From assembly GCA_002269645.1 (NCBI GenBank), contig NIVC01000153.1, positions 62,001 to 126,000 of the forward strand: 64,000 bases of DNA, given 5' to 3'. Positions 13,601 through 25,544 of the stretch are shown in pieces. The notes beneath the pieces are model-generated. The model was not told where the DNA came from and did no database searches. It saw only the letters and a program-made list of their open reading frames with translations. The translations under genes and the position numbers were made by a program. The DNA comes from Macrostomum lignano (taxonomy: Eukaryota). Each line of letters starts with the position of its first letter. Within the stretch, counting starts at the first letter, position 1.

Positions 13601-16600
13601 TGAGCTAATATGGGTAGATACTACTGTGTGATCTGCACAGTGCGGTCACAAAAGCGCCATAAACATCATGAAACACTAATTGCACCTTCCCTCCCCCTTC
13701 CCAAACGCCAACACTCCAGAGGTATTGTGCCAATCACGTGCGACGAGCTATTCAAGACGATCGCGGAGAATTCCAGCAATTCTGCACAGGTGACAGCTAA
13801 AAACAGTTATATTATAATGATCCCAGGTTATTGGCTGAAAATTCCGTCTGATTTAATGCATACAAATTTATGCATGTTTGCTTTAATTCAACATTTTTCT
13901 CATTTTTGTATGCATGCCTGCGCGCGTAGCTGAGCAAGAAATCCGTTGTCATGGCAACGGAAGAATTCTCAAATCCGGCATCAAATTGAGTCGCAAACTG
14001 CTGCCATTGCAGTTTTGCCATTTTGACGTGAACAAAAAACGGGGATAGAGGCGGGAGGCAGGTTTTCTGTTTATAAAAGGAATTCTCACATCTGCTCCGC
14101 GCTTATTCAAACAGCTGGGTTCAGGGATTCGGGAGTGCATCTGGTTGGGTTGGGGAGGGAGGGAACTAGCTCGTATATTGGGAGAATATTGCATATCTGC
14201 TTTTTTCTCTCTTCTCTCTCTCCGCAGACTCTCACAATTGCCATGCAGTTTTTCTCAACCCTGTTGTCATGACAACAGAAACTTAATACTTCCTTATATA
14301 TAACTCAGAGCGAACTATTTGACACAGCTAGTCGCCTGCAGCTACAATGCAGACACGATGGTTTCAATTGAGGTGGATGCAGCTGAACCCCCCCTCAACC
14401 ACCACGCAGCCCCAACCTGAAGGCTGCTTCGTATCGACCAGGGGGAAAGCTTGAAAGCTGCGGGCCTCTTGTTGGCTTCTCCCTCCTAGTCGTTCTCTCC
14501 TTCTAAGCTTGCAGAAGCAGCACGCTTCCTGCTTTCTTCTTCCGTTCATTTTAGTACAGTGCAGCCCCAGCCTCAACTCCAAGTGTTGCAGGCTCTGCTG
14601 CTTTCGGGACGATAAAGCTTGTGGCATCTGGAGCTCTGCACTTGCTGGAAACTGAACTTGGAGAGCCCAGGGATGCCTGAGATGGCGAGGCAAACATTGC
14701 CAGCCCAAGTCGCATGCCTACGTGATTGAGGCAATTGCTTGTTGCTAGGGGGCCTAAGTGCAGCCGTGACACTCTATTTGCCAATCGCTTTCCCGCATGG
14801 CTGAAACATTGCAGAACTCTATTTCGGGTTTCAGAACGATCGAGAACTTATGAAAAAGCAGGACTGCTACAAGTACTGTATTCAGTATATAAGTGGTAAA
14901 TTCTATTGTTAAACGAACAAATCGTTAAAATACTTTTGCTTTTACGCTTGCTCAGGGAAGTGGAACAATGGGATGGCGGCTGGCTTGAACCTTAGTACGG
15001 ATTTATCAGGTTTACTTCAGGGGCGCTGATGCATGGCCGTTCTTAGTTGGTGGAGCGATTTGTCTGGTTCATTCCGATAGAGAACGAGACTCAAGTCTGC
15101 TAAACAGTACGCTGATACATCTTCGTCGGTGCTGACTTCTTAGAGGGACAAGCGGCTTGAAGACTCTCTTATGCAACAAAGTGAAGCAAAAAAGCACAGC
15201 CGTCAAGCGTGTCTCTTGGTTGCGCGCAATACTTGGTGTTGTGGCGCCCCAATATCCTTGGTGGGCGCCACTGTCTCTCGGTGGGCGCTCCAACCCCTAT
15301 CTCATAAGCCAGTGGATGCCATGCTGCTCAAGAAGTGAAAAAGTTTAGCTCCTGTCCTTCGTCAAGCTTGCTCACCTCTTTCATTTAAATTCTGGAATTC
15401 CCGGGTATCAAGAATCAGGGTCACCTGTTTTCCGACAGCTTGCTTCCTCCCGGTACCCACACTTGTGTCCCCATTACCCGTGTCCCCACACCCGTGTCCC
15501 AACACATGTTTCCCCACACTTGTGTCCCCACACCCGTGTCATGTCCCCACACCCGAGTCCCCACACCCCGTGTCCCCCCACTTGTGTCCCCAAATCCGAG
15601 TCCCCACACTCTGTGTCCCCACACCCGTGTCTTCACCCCGTGTCCCCACACCTGCGTCCCCACACCTGTGTCCCCACACATATTTCCCCACACCCGTGTC
15701 ATGTCCCCACACCCCAAGTGTCCCCACACTTGTGTCCCCACACCCGAGTCCCCACACCCCCTGTCCCCACACCCGTGTCCCCACACCAGAGTCCCCATAC
15801 CCCCGTTTCCTGACACCCGTGTCCCCACATCAGTTTTCCGACACCCATCTCCCACCACGCAGCGCTACGAGGTGACCTTCTCAATGCTGGAGATCTACAA
15901 CGAGAACGTCCGCGATCTTCTTGGCGACGCCTCGGCAAAGTCCGGCCTACCGATTCGGCAGCACCCCAGCCAGGGCTTCTACGTGCACGGCCTGAAGCGG
16001 GTGCCAGTGGGCAGCTACAGGGAGATCGAGCAGCGCATGGAGCAGGGCACGGCCAGTCGGACAGTGGCGGCTACCAATATGAACGCTACGAGTTCCAGGG
16101 CGCACACAGTAGTCACGATTGTCTTCGATCAGATTGCTGGCGGCGGCGGCAAAGAGACGAAGAAGAGTAGCGTTATGAATCTGGTGGACTTGGCAGGTGA
16201 GCTCGGAAGATTATTAATGCTTATCGAATACCTGTCTCCAAATACCTGTCTCCGAATACCTGTCTCCGAATACCTGTCTACGAATACCTGTCTCCGAATA
16301 CCTGTCTCCGAATACCTGTCTCCGAATACCTGTCTCCGAATATCTGTCCCAGCATACCTGTCTCCGAATACCTGTCCCCGAATATCTGTCTTCAAATACC
16401 TGTCTCCGAATACCTGTCTCCGAATACCTGTCTCCGAATACCTGTCTCCGAATACCTGTCTCCGAATACCAGTCCCCGAATACCTGTCTCGGAATACCTG
16501 TTTCTGAATACCTGTCTCGGAATACCTGTCTCGGAATACCTGTTTCTGAATACCTGTCTCGGAATACCTGTCCCCGAATACCTGTCTCGGAATACCTGTC

Positions 16601-19600
16601 TCTGAATACCTGTCTCCGAATACCTGTCTCCGAATACCTGTCCCCGAATACCTGTCCCCGCATACCTGTCTCGGAATACCTGTCTCCAAATACCTGTCTC
16701 CGAATACCTGCCTCCGAATACCTGTCTCGCAATACCTGTCTCTCAATACCTGTCTCGCAATACCGTATTTACTACTTGCCCACAATGCATTCATACGCCA
16801 GGTTCTGAAAGGGCGGACAGCACAGGAGCTACTGGCGACAGACTCAAAGAAGGCGCCAACATCAACAAGTCCCTGTCAGCACTGGGCAACGTGATCTCCG
16901 CTCTGGCTGACCTGTCCACTGGCAAGAAGAAAGTGATGGTGCCCTATAGGGACTCCGTTCTAACTAAGCTGCTGCAGAATGCTCTTGGCGGCAACAGGTG
17001 AATTTGGATGGGATCAAGTTTTATAAGGATGTAATACTGAGGATGTAAGAATGTAATTCTGTGGCGCTTATGTTTGGTGCTATTGAGTGCCGAATCGGGT
17101 GACTAATTTGTGTTTGAACTCGTGGAGGTGTCGGTGGTGTAGGGCAGCGCAGCACAGCGGTAAACCCTTGGTTCGATTCGCGGCCGCATTCATTTGCTAT
17201 GGCTTGTGTGCACGCGAAAATTAGCCACCGGGGTTGCTGTGCGATTCACACCCATGATCGCTAAACCCCCCAAGGCACAGAGAGTGTACATGCCTGACGA
17301 TTAGACAGTCAGGGCCGATGTACACCCTGTGTGAGCGTATGCATGACTGCTGTGCCTGCGTACAGTATTGGCGCGATCGCATGTGCTCAGAGTCAACTGA
17401 ATGGGCAGAGTTGCCGTCAGCGCTGGCTGTGGGACGATGCCGCCGTACGTGCACCGCAACCCTCCTGCGAATATTCATATTTTTAATTGGGTGTCAGTCT
17501 TTAATAGCCTTTTTGACCTAGCAACTTCTCAGTATAGATAAGCCACTTCTCCTACTGCCAGTAGCATCCAAAGAGCTTGAAAAACTCGATTGAGAAATTT
17601 TAACTCCAGCAAAACGGTGATGATCGCCGCCCTGTCCCCGGCCGACATCAACTACGACGAGACGCTGAGCACTCTGCGCTACGCTGATCGGGCAAAGAAA
17701 ATTAAAAATCAAGCCGTAGTGAATGAGAATCCTATGGATAAGCTGCTGCGCGAGCTGCAGGTGAGAATTGAGAGAGAGAGGGTTGAGAGAGAGGTTGAGA
17801 GTTACATTAGAGGGTTGAGAGAGGGTTGGGAGTTACATTAGAGGGTTGAGAGAGGGTTGAGAGTTACATTAGAGGGTTGAGAGAGGGTTGGGAGTTACAT
17901 TAGAGGGTTGAGAGAGGGTTGGGAGTTACATTAGAGGGTTGAGAGAGGGTTGAGAGTTACATTAGAGGGTTGAGAGAGGTTTGAGAGTTACATTAGAGGG
18001 TTGAGAGAAAGGAGATTGAGAGAGAAAGTTTGAAAGAGAGAAAGAGAGAGAGGGGGTTGAGATAGAGGGTTGAGAGAGAGGATTAGAGTTAGGTTTGTAG
18101 ATAGGCTGAAACTTTGGGGTCACTCAGTGCTATTTATATAGTGTGACTTGAAGTCTGTCCGGCGCGGTCACTCTATGCTACTATGCAAGAGAATATTCAA
18201 TTTACTAAAAAGAAAACATTCTCCTAACTCCAAAATCCAGATGGAGAACGAACGTTTAAAGAAGGTGCTGGATTCTGGAGATCTGAGTAGCGCAGGATTC
18301 CCGCAGCAACAGCAGCAGACCGGCATGTCCAAAGAAGGTCTATGCTCAATTTCATGAGTACCCTTTGCGGCTGTATGCCAGGCCTTTGTTTTTAATTTAC
18401 TCTCAACTCTCTTTCAGACGTGGAAAAAATGCGCAAAGAACTTGAAGAGGAAATTCGGGCCCAGCTGATGTCCAACAGTGAGCTAATGCAGCAGAGCAGC
18501 TCTGACAATTGGGAGGCCAAGGTTGGTCAGGCACTGATTTTCTCATGAAAGAAAATATTGTTTCAGAAAATCAGAAAGATTCCCTGTCTCAGCTAATGTG
18601 AGAAATTCCTGTCTCAGTCAATCAGAGGAATCCTGTCTCAACCAATCAGAAGGTTCCCTGTCTCAACCACAGAATAACTAGATGGGTCACTCATCACATT
18701 TGCGTGCAAGCTACTTTCAGTTCAGTAGTAAGTTAAACAGAAGCGATTTGATTTTTAAAGCCAAGGCTCATTTATTGACTATTACCCCCCCCAGCTTGAA
18801 CCCTCCAACTGCGCCTTTCCACACTACCCCGGCCCAGCCCCAATTTTTATTGCCTTTCTCAGAATTCCAGCCTAAAGCTGCCATGTACATTTCAGTGGAC
18901 TGTCTAATGTACATTATTACTGACCAATTAGCAAGTTATTTGCGCCTGCAAGCTTCGGCTTCTAAATTTACCAAAGTCATTTTAGCTGCCTGTATCTTTA
19001 TAAAATAGTCTATATATTCTTCTTTGCTACAGAACTAAAAATAGAAATCTGTTTTACTAAGTACGAGTGTATATATGCCTGAGTGGCCCATCTAGTTATT
19101 TTAGTATCTGTGGTCTCAACCAATCAGAAGGATCCCCTGTCTCAGCCAATGAGAGTAGTTCCTGTCTTAGCCAATCAGAGTAGTTCCTGTCTTAGCCAAT
19201 CAGAAGATTCCCTGTCTCAACCAATCAGAAGATTCCCTGTCTCAGCTCAGAAATCCGAATTCGATTCCGTGCCAACTCTAACAAACAAAAACTTCAAAGC
19301 TCGCCGAAGCTCGAGCCGATCTCGCCCCGGTCAGCGAAGCGGCAGACAAAAAGTCGCGAATTCCGCACCTGCTGAACCTGAACGAGGATCCAATGCTGTC
19401 AGGGGTGGTGGTTCATTTTTTGGAGTCGGCCGAGATTTTGATTGGCCGATCGGAGGAGGAATTGCAGCCGCAGATTCGCCTGATGGGCCTGTCAATCTCG
19501 AAGCGACATGCCGTGATTGCCCGACTAACTGACACGGAATTTGAAATTCGACCGGCAATCCAGGGTGCCAAGACTCTTGTGAATGGCCTGCCGTTGACTG

Positions 19601-22600
19601 GCCCGATGGAGCTCACTCACAAGGATCGGATTGTGTTCGGTGAGTAAATCTTTCTTAGGTTTTGGTCCTAGCCAGTCAGAGACTAGCTGAATCCTAGCCA
19701 ATCAGGGAGGAGCATGTTTCTAGCCTATCAGGGAGAAGCATGTTTTTAGGCAATCACTAGCAATTTAGTGCCCCCCTTCGGGCGGCCGATAAGAAAGGGG
19801 CAAAATTTATTTGTTAAAATCCTGGTAGCGATTAGTATGGCATGTAATTAGTCAATCATAGATTAGCTAGATCAAAGCCAATCAGGGAGTATCTTGATTC
19901 TAGCCAATCAGATTTTAGCTTGATTCTAGCGAATCAAAGAGTAGCTTTATTATAGCCAATTAGATAGTAGCTTGATTCCAGCCAGTCAGAGTGTAGCTTG
20001 ATTCTAGCCAATCATGGAGGAGCATGTTTTTAGCCAATCAGAGACTAGCTGGATCCTAGCCAATCAGAGAGAATCTTGATTCTAGCCAATCAGAGTTTAG
20101 CTTGACTCTATCCAATCAGAGTGAGATAGATAATCGAATACAATTTTCGAATATTCAAAACAAATTGATTCCGGTAGAAAACAGAAAAAGTAACAAATTC
20201 CACTAACACCTGGACCCATTCGCCAATGCCAGGATCAAATCACGTGTACGTATTCATCAACCCGAAGAACCGGTCATGCAACGCCGGTTTACCGAAGCGC
20301 ATCAACTGGGAATTTGTGCAGAAGGAAATTGCCAATGTCAAGGGTTTTGCCACCGGATCTGCCGGTCTGACTAAAGGCAAGCGATTTATTTACTACTGAT
20401 AATAGTGTTCTGACGTACATATAGCACTAAATTTATTGAAGTTTACGTAAAAACGAATAATTTCAGAGCAAGCAGTTGTGCAGGAGCAAATCTTGGAGCT
20501 CATTCCGATGGTAACGGAGGTGAACGCGATCTCCGATGAGCTGAACAAATATCGATCGTTTGAGGTCATCCTGCTGCCAGTCACTCGACCAGATGGCACC
20601 AAGGGGTCTAGGTAGGTCCGCATTGGATGTCTTAGGTAAATCTAGATTGGGTTTCTTACGTAGGTCTAAATTGGGTGTCTTACGTAGGTCTAAATTGGGT
20701 GTCTTACGTAGGTCTAAATTGGGTGTCTTACGTAGGTCTAAATTGGGTGTCTTACGTAGGTCTAAATTGGGTGTCTTACGTAGGTCTAAATTGGGTGTCT
20801 TACGTAGGTCTAAATTGAGTGTCTTACGTAGGTCTAAATTGGGTGTCTTACGTAGGTCTAAATTGGGTGTCTTACGTAGGTCTAAATTGGGTGTCTTACG
20901 TAGGTCTAAATTGAGTGTCTTACGTAGGTCTAAATTGGGCGTCTTACGTAGGTCTAAATTGGGTGTCTTACGTAGGTCTAAATTGGGTGTCTTACGTAGG
21001 TCTAAATTGAGTGTCTTAGGTACACGTTGTGAGTCCAGTTTGGTCAAGATTTGAAGTCTAGGTTACTAGGTAAATATTGGGGGTCCAGCAGTATGCTCCA
21101 TTGACAGTCTCAGTGTTCAACAGCCGTACCCCTCGCCGTTGAAACTGAAAAGTTTAAGAGTGGTGATCAGTCACTCGAAAACTCCCACTTCTAGACACTG
21201 GGAACAAGTGCCTACGTATATGAAAAGTAAAAAATCTTACTGGAGCGGCTCCTCGTGTAACTTGCAAACGTCTTGGTCTTGAAAGGTGTAGGTGAGCTAG
21301 CTGGTCTCGCTGTGCTGTAGTGACGGGTGTAGGTGAGCTAGCTGGTCTCGCTGTGCTGTAGTGACGACAGGCTTCGGTGAATTGCTGTCTCCGGGAGCCC
21401 TTGACTTTATCTGTGGGTCGACCAAAAACGAGAGCGAATCAGAAGTCTTGACGGTGTACTCGAGCTGGGAATTAACAATGGAACGTGCGCCCAAATGGAC
21501 AATTGAATTCTCCGAGTTCTGTAATAGGTCCTCCTGAAGGGCGTCTTCTTCGTTACGTCCGAAACGTAAGGGATAACTCAAATCAATGAATAGATCCTAG
21601 GAAACAAGGAGGCCTTTCTCAAATGTATCGACAATAAACGGCTCTCGTAAACTTAATCAATCAACTTATTAACGCTAGTTACAAAGAACTAAATCCGGTA
21701 AGCGTTTAGCAATTGGACAGGTGTAGTCTCTCAGAGATGGGTCTTCTTTTTTCTTTTTTTAAAGTCTTCTTTGAGGCCGCTCTGAGTCGGAATTTTTTAC
21801 TCGAATTTTCACATTTATTTATAGTAAATGTTTGGAGAGAAATGGTTTAAGATCGGATATTTACTTATGTCATATATGGAGTTATAAGCAAACACAGCTG
21901 CTGAAATCCGGTTCCTTGATCAAACAAATGTTGGTTCTACGTAGGGTTCTGAGTCACTCTGTTTGCACATGACTCATTTTAAATTTACTTTAAGTAGCAC
22001 ATTACTGTATGATTTTAACAGCTCTCTACAAAACCCGCAGGTGCGCGGTGCAGATGCAGGACCTGCTGAGCGACCTGGAATGGCGCTGGGAGCGCGGAAA
22101 GTTCATGAACCGGCGATTCCTCATGCTGGAACTGTACCAACGTTTCCAGGCAGGCGACGCATCCGTGCACTCGGTTGCTAAGGACGCCGACCCTTTCTGG
22201 GAGCCGCCCGAAGAGGTTACTGTCGGCACTGCCACCCTGTTCCTACAGTCGCTGGCCTACTGTCTGGATTTTGAAGATCGACTGCCGATTGTCGATCATC
22301 GCGGAGTTGTTGAAGGTCACGTGACTGCCGGCCTGACCCCCTGCGACTCGGACGGCCAGCCGCTTGGTGAAGACGAATTCGTTGAAGAGCCCGAGGACTT
22401 GCTTGGCCGGCCGCTGCGATTCAATGTCCGGATTGAGTCGGCTGAAGTGCTCAGACAGCGTCACGCCCGCGGCGCCTGCCGGGTGACCTTCGCGCTGCTG
22501 AGCCGGTCGGCCACAACGCAGACTCTGGCCGATACCGCGGCGCCCAAATTCGCCTTCTCGGAGAAGTTCAGCCTGGCCAGCGTGCAGCCGCAGCACCTCA

Positions 22601-24504
22601 AACTGCTGACTCAGGGCAGCGTGACGCTTGAGGTCGGCAGCTCGCATCCACTTCATTGCACTCTGCGACCCTACCTGGGCTCACAATCTAAACCCACCTG
22701 GACCCACAATCTAAACCCACCTGGACCCACAATCTAAACCCACCTGGACCCACAATCTAAACCCACCTGGACCCACAATCTAAACCCACCTGGACCCACA
22801 ATCTAAACCTACCTGGACCCACAATCTAAACCTACCTGGACCCACAATCTAAACCCACCTGGACCCACAATCTAAACCTACCTGGACCCACAATCTAAAC
22901 CTACCTGGACCCACAATCTAAACCCAACTGGACCCACAATCTAAACCCACCTGGACCCACAATCTAAACCCACCTGGACCCACAATCTAAACCCACCTGG
23001 ACTCACAATCTAAACCCACCTGGACCCACAATCTAAACCTACCTGGACCTACAATCTAAACTCACCTGGACCCACAATCTAAACTCACCTGGACCCACAA
23101 TCTAAACCCACCTGGACCTACAATCTAAACTCACCTGGACCCATAATCGAAACCTACCTGGACCCACAGTCTTATCCGAATTTGTCGCCGTGACAACTGT
23201 CTATTTTATTTGCCAGGTGCTGTGCCAGCAGCGCGAAGCCCAACCAGACACTCGGCTGGCCGGCCTGTCCACCAGGCAGCTGCGCGAGCGAATCCGCGTG
23301 AGCGGAGGCGGCGGCAACGGCGGCGGTGGCGTTACTTCCGGTCCCGGAGGCGCCGGCGAAGGTTCTTCGGGTTTCGATGTTGGCGGAGGTGGCAACGGCG
23401 GCGGCGGCGGTGGCGGCGGGGCGGATGCAGCCGAGCTGAGCCGGGCCCGGGGCGAGCTGGTGGCCCTTCAGCATCGAGTGGCCCGTCTGGAGGCCCGGGA
23501 GCGCCGCCTGATGCAGCTGTGCTCGGACTGGGCGAGCAAAGCCGACGGCAGCGGCGGGGATTATCACGGCCTGCTGCGGGCCCTGACCGCTCTGGCCAGC
23601 GGGCCGGGCGGCCGATTTCGTGGAAAAGCCGGACTGGTTGGAAAGGTGAACCTTTTGACCCAACCTGTGCTGCTTGTGATATCCGTGATACCTGTAATGC
23701 TTGTGATACCTGTAATGCTTGTGATACCTGTGATGCTTGTGATACCTGTGATGCTTGTGATACCTGTAATGCTTGTGATACCTGTGATACCTGTATTGCT
23801 TGTGATGCTTGTGATACTTGTGATGCTTGTGATACCTGTGATGCTTGTGATACCTGTAACGCTTGTGATGCTTGTGATACCTGTGATGCTTGTGATACCT
23901 GTGATACCTGTGATACCTGTGATACCTGTGTTGCTTGTGATGCTTGTGATACTTGTGATGCTTGTGATACCTGTGATACCTGTGTTGCTTGTGATGCTTG
24001 TGATACTTGTGATGCTTGTGATACCTGTGATGCTTGTGATACCTGTGATGCTTGTGATACCTGTGATACCTGTGATACCTGTGGTGCTTGTGATACCTGT
24101 GATACCTGTGATACCTGTGATGCTTGTGATACCTGTAATGCTTATGATACCTGTGATGCTTGTGATACCTGTGATGCTTGTGATACCTGTGATGCTTGTG
24201 ATACCTTTCAAAATGAGATGCTTGTATTGCCTGATATACCTTTTATACTTGCGACGCGGTTTAAAAATTTTGGCTCCATTGGTAATTGATTTCCTACCCT
24301 TAACATACTGTGTTTTTACCTTGACATTAATTGACCTTTCAGATGATGCAACTGAGAAAAGGAGCGGCAAATGTGGATCAACAGCAGGAGCAGTCATTGA
24401 ATGGTGGCGATTCGGCAGTCACGGTGGAGCCACCACCGCCTAGCACTGCTTCTGGAGAGACGGCTGAGTTAGCAAAGAAAAGCAAAACTTGTGCTGCAAT
24501 GTAG
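10657..24504 (+). CDS. KIF28: Kinesin-3 motor, KIF28/KLP-6-like (motor, FHA, stalk, C-terminal CaaX), about 1045 aa, 16 exons
   Basis: Exons 10657-10670, 10750-10859, 12285-12327, 12401-12607, 13720-13789, 15863-16196, 16802-16997, 17610-17760, 18241-18337, 18418-18521, 19300-19639, 20233-20376, 20467-20611, 22041-22632, 23217-23645, 24343-24504 sum to 3138 nt with consistent phases. Motifs: [29 protein letters not shown]-loop [26 protein letters not shown], switch I NATSSRAH, switch [63 protein letters not shown] plus [13 protein letters not shown] and DPFWEP. The kinesin-3 call is firm; the subfamily call is from recalled motifs. Confidence 0.9.
10935..12160. repeat. Intronic minisatellite, 20-bp unit CTGACATCTCACTTCGTTCC
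   Basis: Fills kinesin intron 2. Confidence 0.95.
15031..15156 (+). pseudogene. Isolated, diverged 18S rDNA fragment in kinesin intron 5
   Basis: GCATGGCCGTTCTTAGTTGGTGGAGCGATTTGTCTGGTT...GAACGAGACT...ACTTCTTAGAGGGACAAGCGGC matches the conserved eukaryotic SSU sequence with substitutions; the flanks are not rDNA. Confidence 0.88.
15455..15850. repeat. Intronic degenerate repeat, about 14-bp GTGTCCCCACACCC
   Basis: Directly upstream of the exon 6 acceptor; forms the spurious N-terminus of ORF 15440..16507. Confidence 0.9.
16225..16760. repeat. Intronic minisatellite, 14-bp GAATACCTGTCTCC
   Basis: Tandem copies in kinesin intron 6. Confidence 0.93.
17133..17470 (+). mobile_element. tRNA-derived SINE, family A, copy 1
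   Basis: A-box-like TGGTGTAGGGCAG and B-box GGTTCGATTCG; body shares CCCCCCAAGGC..AGTGTACATGCCT..GGGCCG.TGTACAC.C.TGTGTGAG and the 3' part with 26861-27240. Confidence 0.7.
17765..18090. repeat. Intronic repeat, about 31-bp GAGAGAGGGTTGAGAGTTACATTAGAGGGTT
   Basis: Tandem copies after the exon 8 donor. Confidence 0.88.
20620..21020. repeat. Intronic minisatellite, 24-bp TACGTAGGTCTAAATTGGGTGTCT
   Basis: Tandem copies after the exon 13 donor. Confidence 0.93.
22680..23170. repeat. Intronic minisatellite, 23-bp CTGGACCCACAATCTAAACCCAC
   Basis: Tandem copies in kinesin intron 14. Confidence 0.93.
23680..24205. repeat. Intronic 9-bp-unit repeat TGTGATACC/TGTGATGCT
   Basis: Explains the CDACDT / VIPVML / ITGITS ORFs. 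Confidence 0.93.
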
Positions 24505-24848
24505 GACTGACTGACTGACTGACTGACTGACTGACTGACTGACTGACTGACTGACTGACTGACTGACTGACTGACTGACTGACTGACTGACTGACTGACT
24601 GACTGACTGACTGACTGACTGACTGACTGACTGACTGACTGACTGACTGACTGACTGACTGACTGACTGACTGACTGACTGACTGACTGACTGACTGACT
24701 GACTGACTGACTGACTGACTGACTGACTGACTGACTGACTGACTGACTGACTGACTGACTGACTGACTGACTGACTGACTGACTGACTGACTGACTGACT
24801 GACTGACTGACTGACTGACTGACTGACTGACTGACTGACTAACTGACT
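24505..24848. repeat. (GACT)n microsatellite starting immediately after the kinesin stop codon
   Basis: TAG at 24502-24504 is followed directly by GACTGACT... Confidence 0.98.
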
Positions 24849-25544
24849 GCAATGAAATCGAGAAGTATCTACCTACATACCAGAGTAGTGAGTAAACTTA
24901 TGTACGTACTTTTTGAATCTAATTATGCTTGTAACATTTTTCGGCTTTAAATGCATTCTAGTGTGATTACTTATTAAGAGATTATCAATAATTATTAACA
25001 GTACAGTTTTTCAAAGTTCACCGTGAACTTTACGGACCATGAAAGTCTAAATTAGCCTTTCTGGTTATTTATTTATTTTTATTTTTACTCTTGTCGACCA
25101 TGTTGTATTAATAGGTAAGCAGTCATGAAGTTAATTAACAAATGTACTAAAAATTTGACAATGCAGAAATTTGGATAACACCGCTGAAAGAACTTGTGCT
25201 CACAAGCGTTGTGCCTCATCGAGGAAAGAGAAAATATAGGCATTGGTTTGGTTGAAAGCGGAGCGCAAACGAAGTTCATTACTCTTCAATGAACTGGTGG
25301 GAATCAAAATGTGCGTCAGTGATTGAGAAGCAATTTGAAATGACTGATGTGCACGGTTGAGCACAGATGAGCATAGATGAGCACAGATGAGTACCGATGA
25401 GCACTGATGACCACAGCACAGTTGAGTACAGATGAGTACAGATGAGTACAGATGAGCACAGATGAGCACCGATGAGCACTGATGAGCACTGATCAATTGC
25501 TTGCTTGAAACTTGAAGCTGTAAATCAGAGTGAAGAGCAATAAT

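Noticed and set aside
17293-17330. Hammerhead ribozyme (CUGACGA core)
   Set aside because: No downstream GAAA at the required position, and the second copy has CUAACGA.
23210-24397. Cys-rich CDACDT ORF resembling a metallothionein, plus ITGITS and VIPVML ORFs
   Set aside because: All come from a 9-bp intronic repeat in kinesin intron 15.
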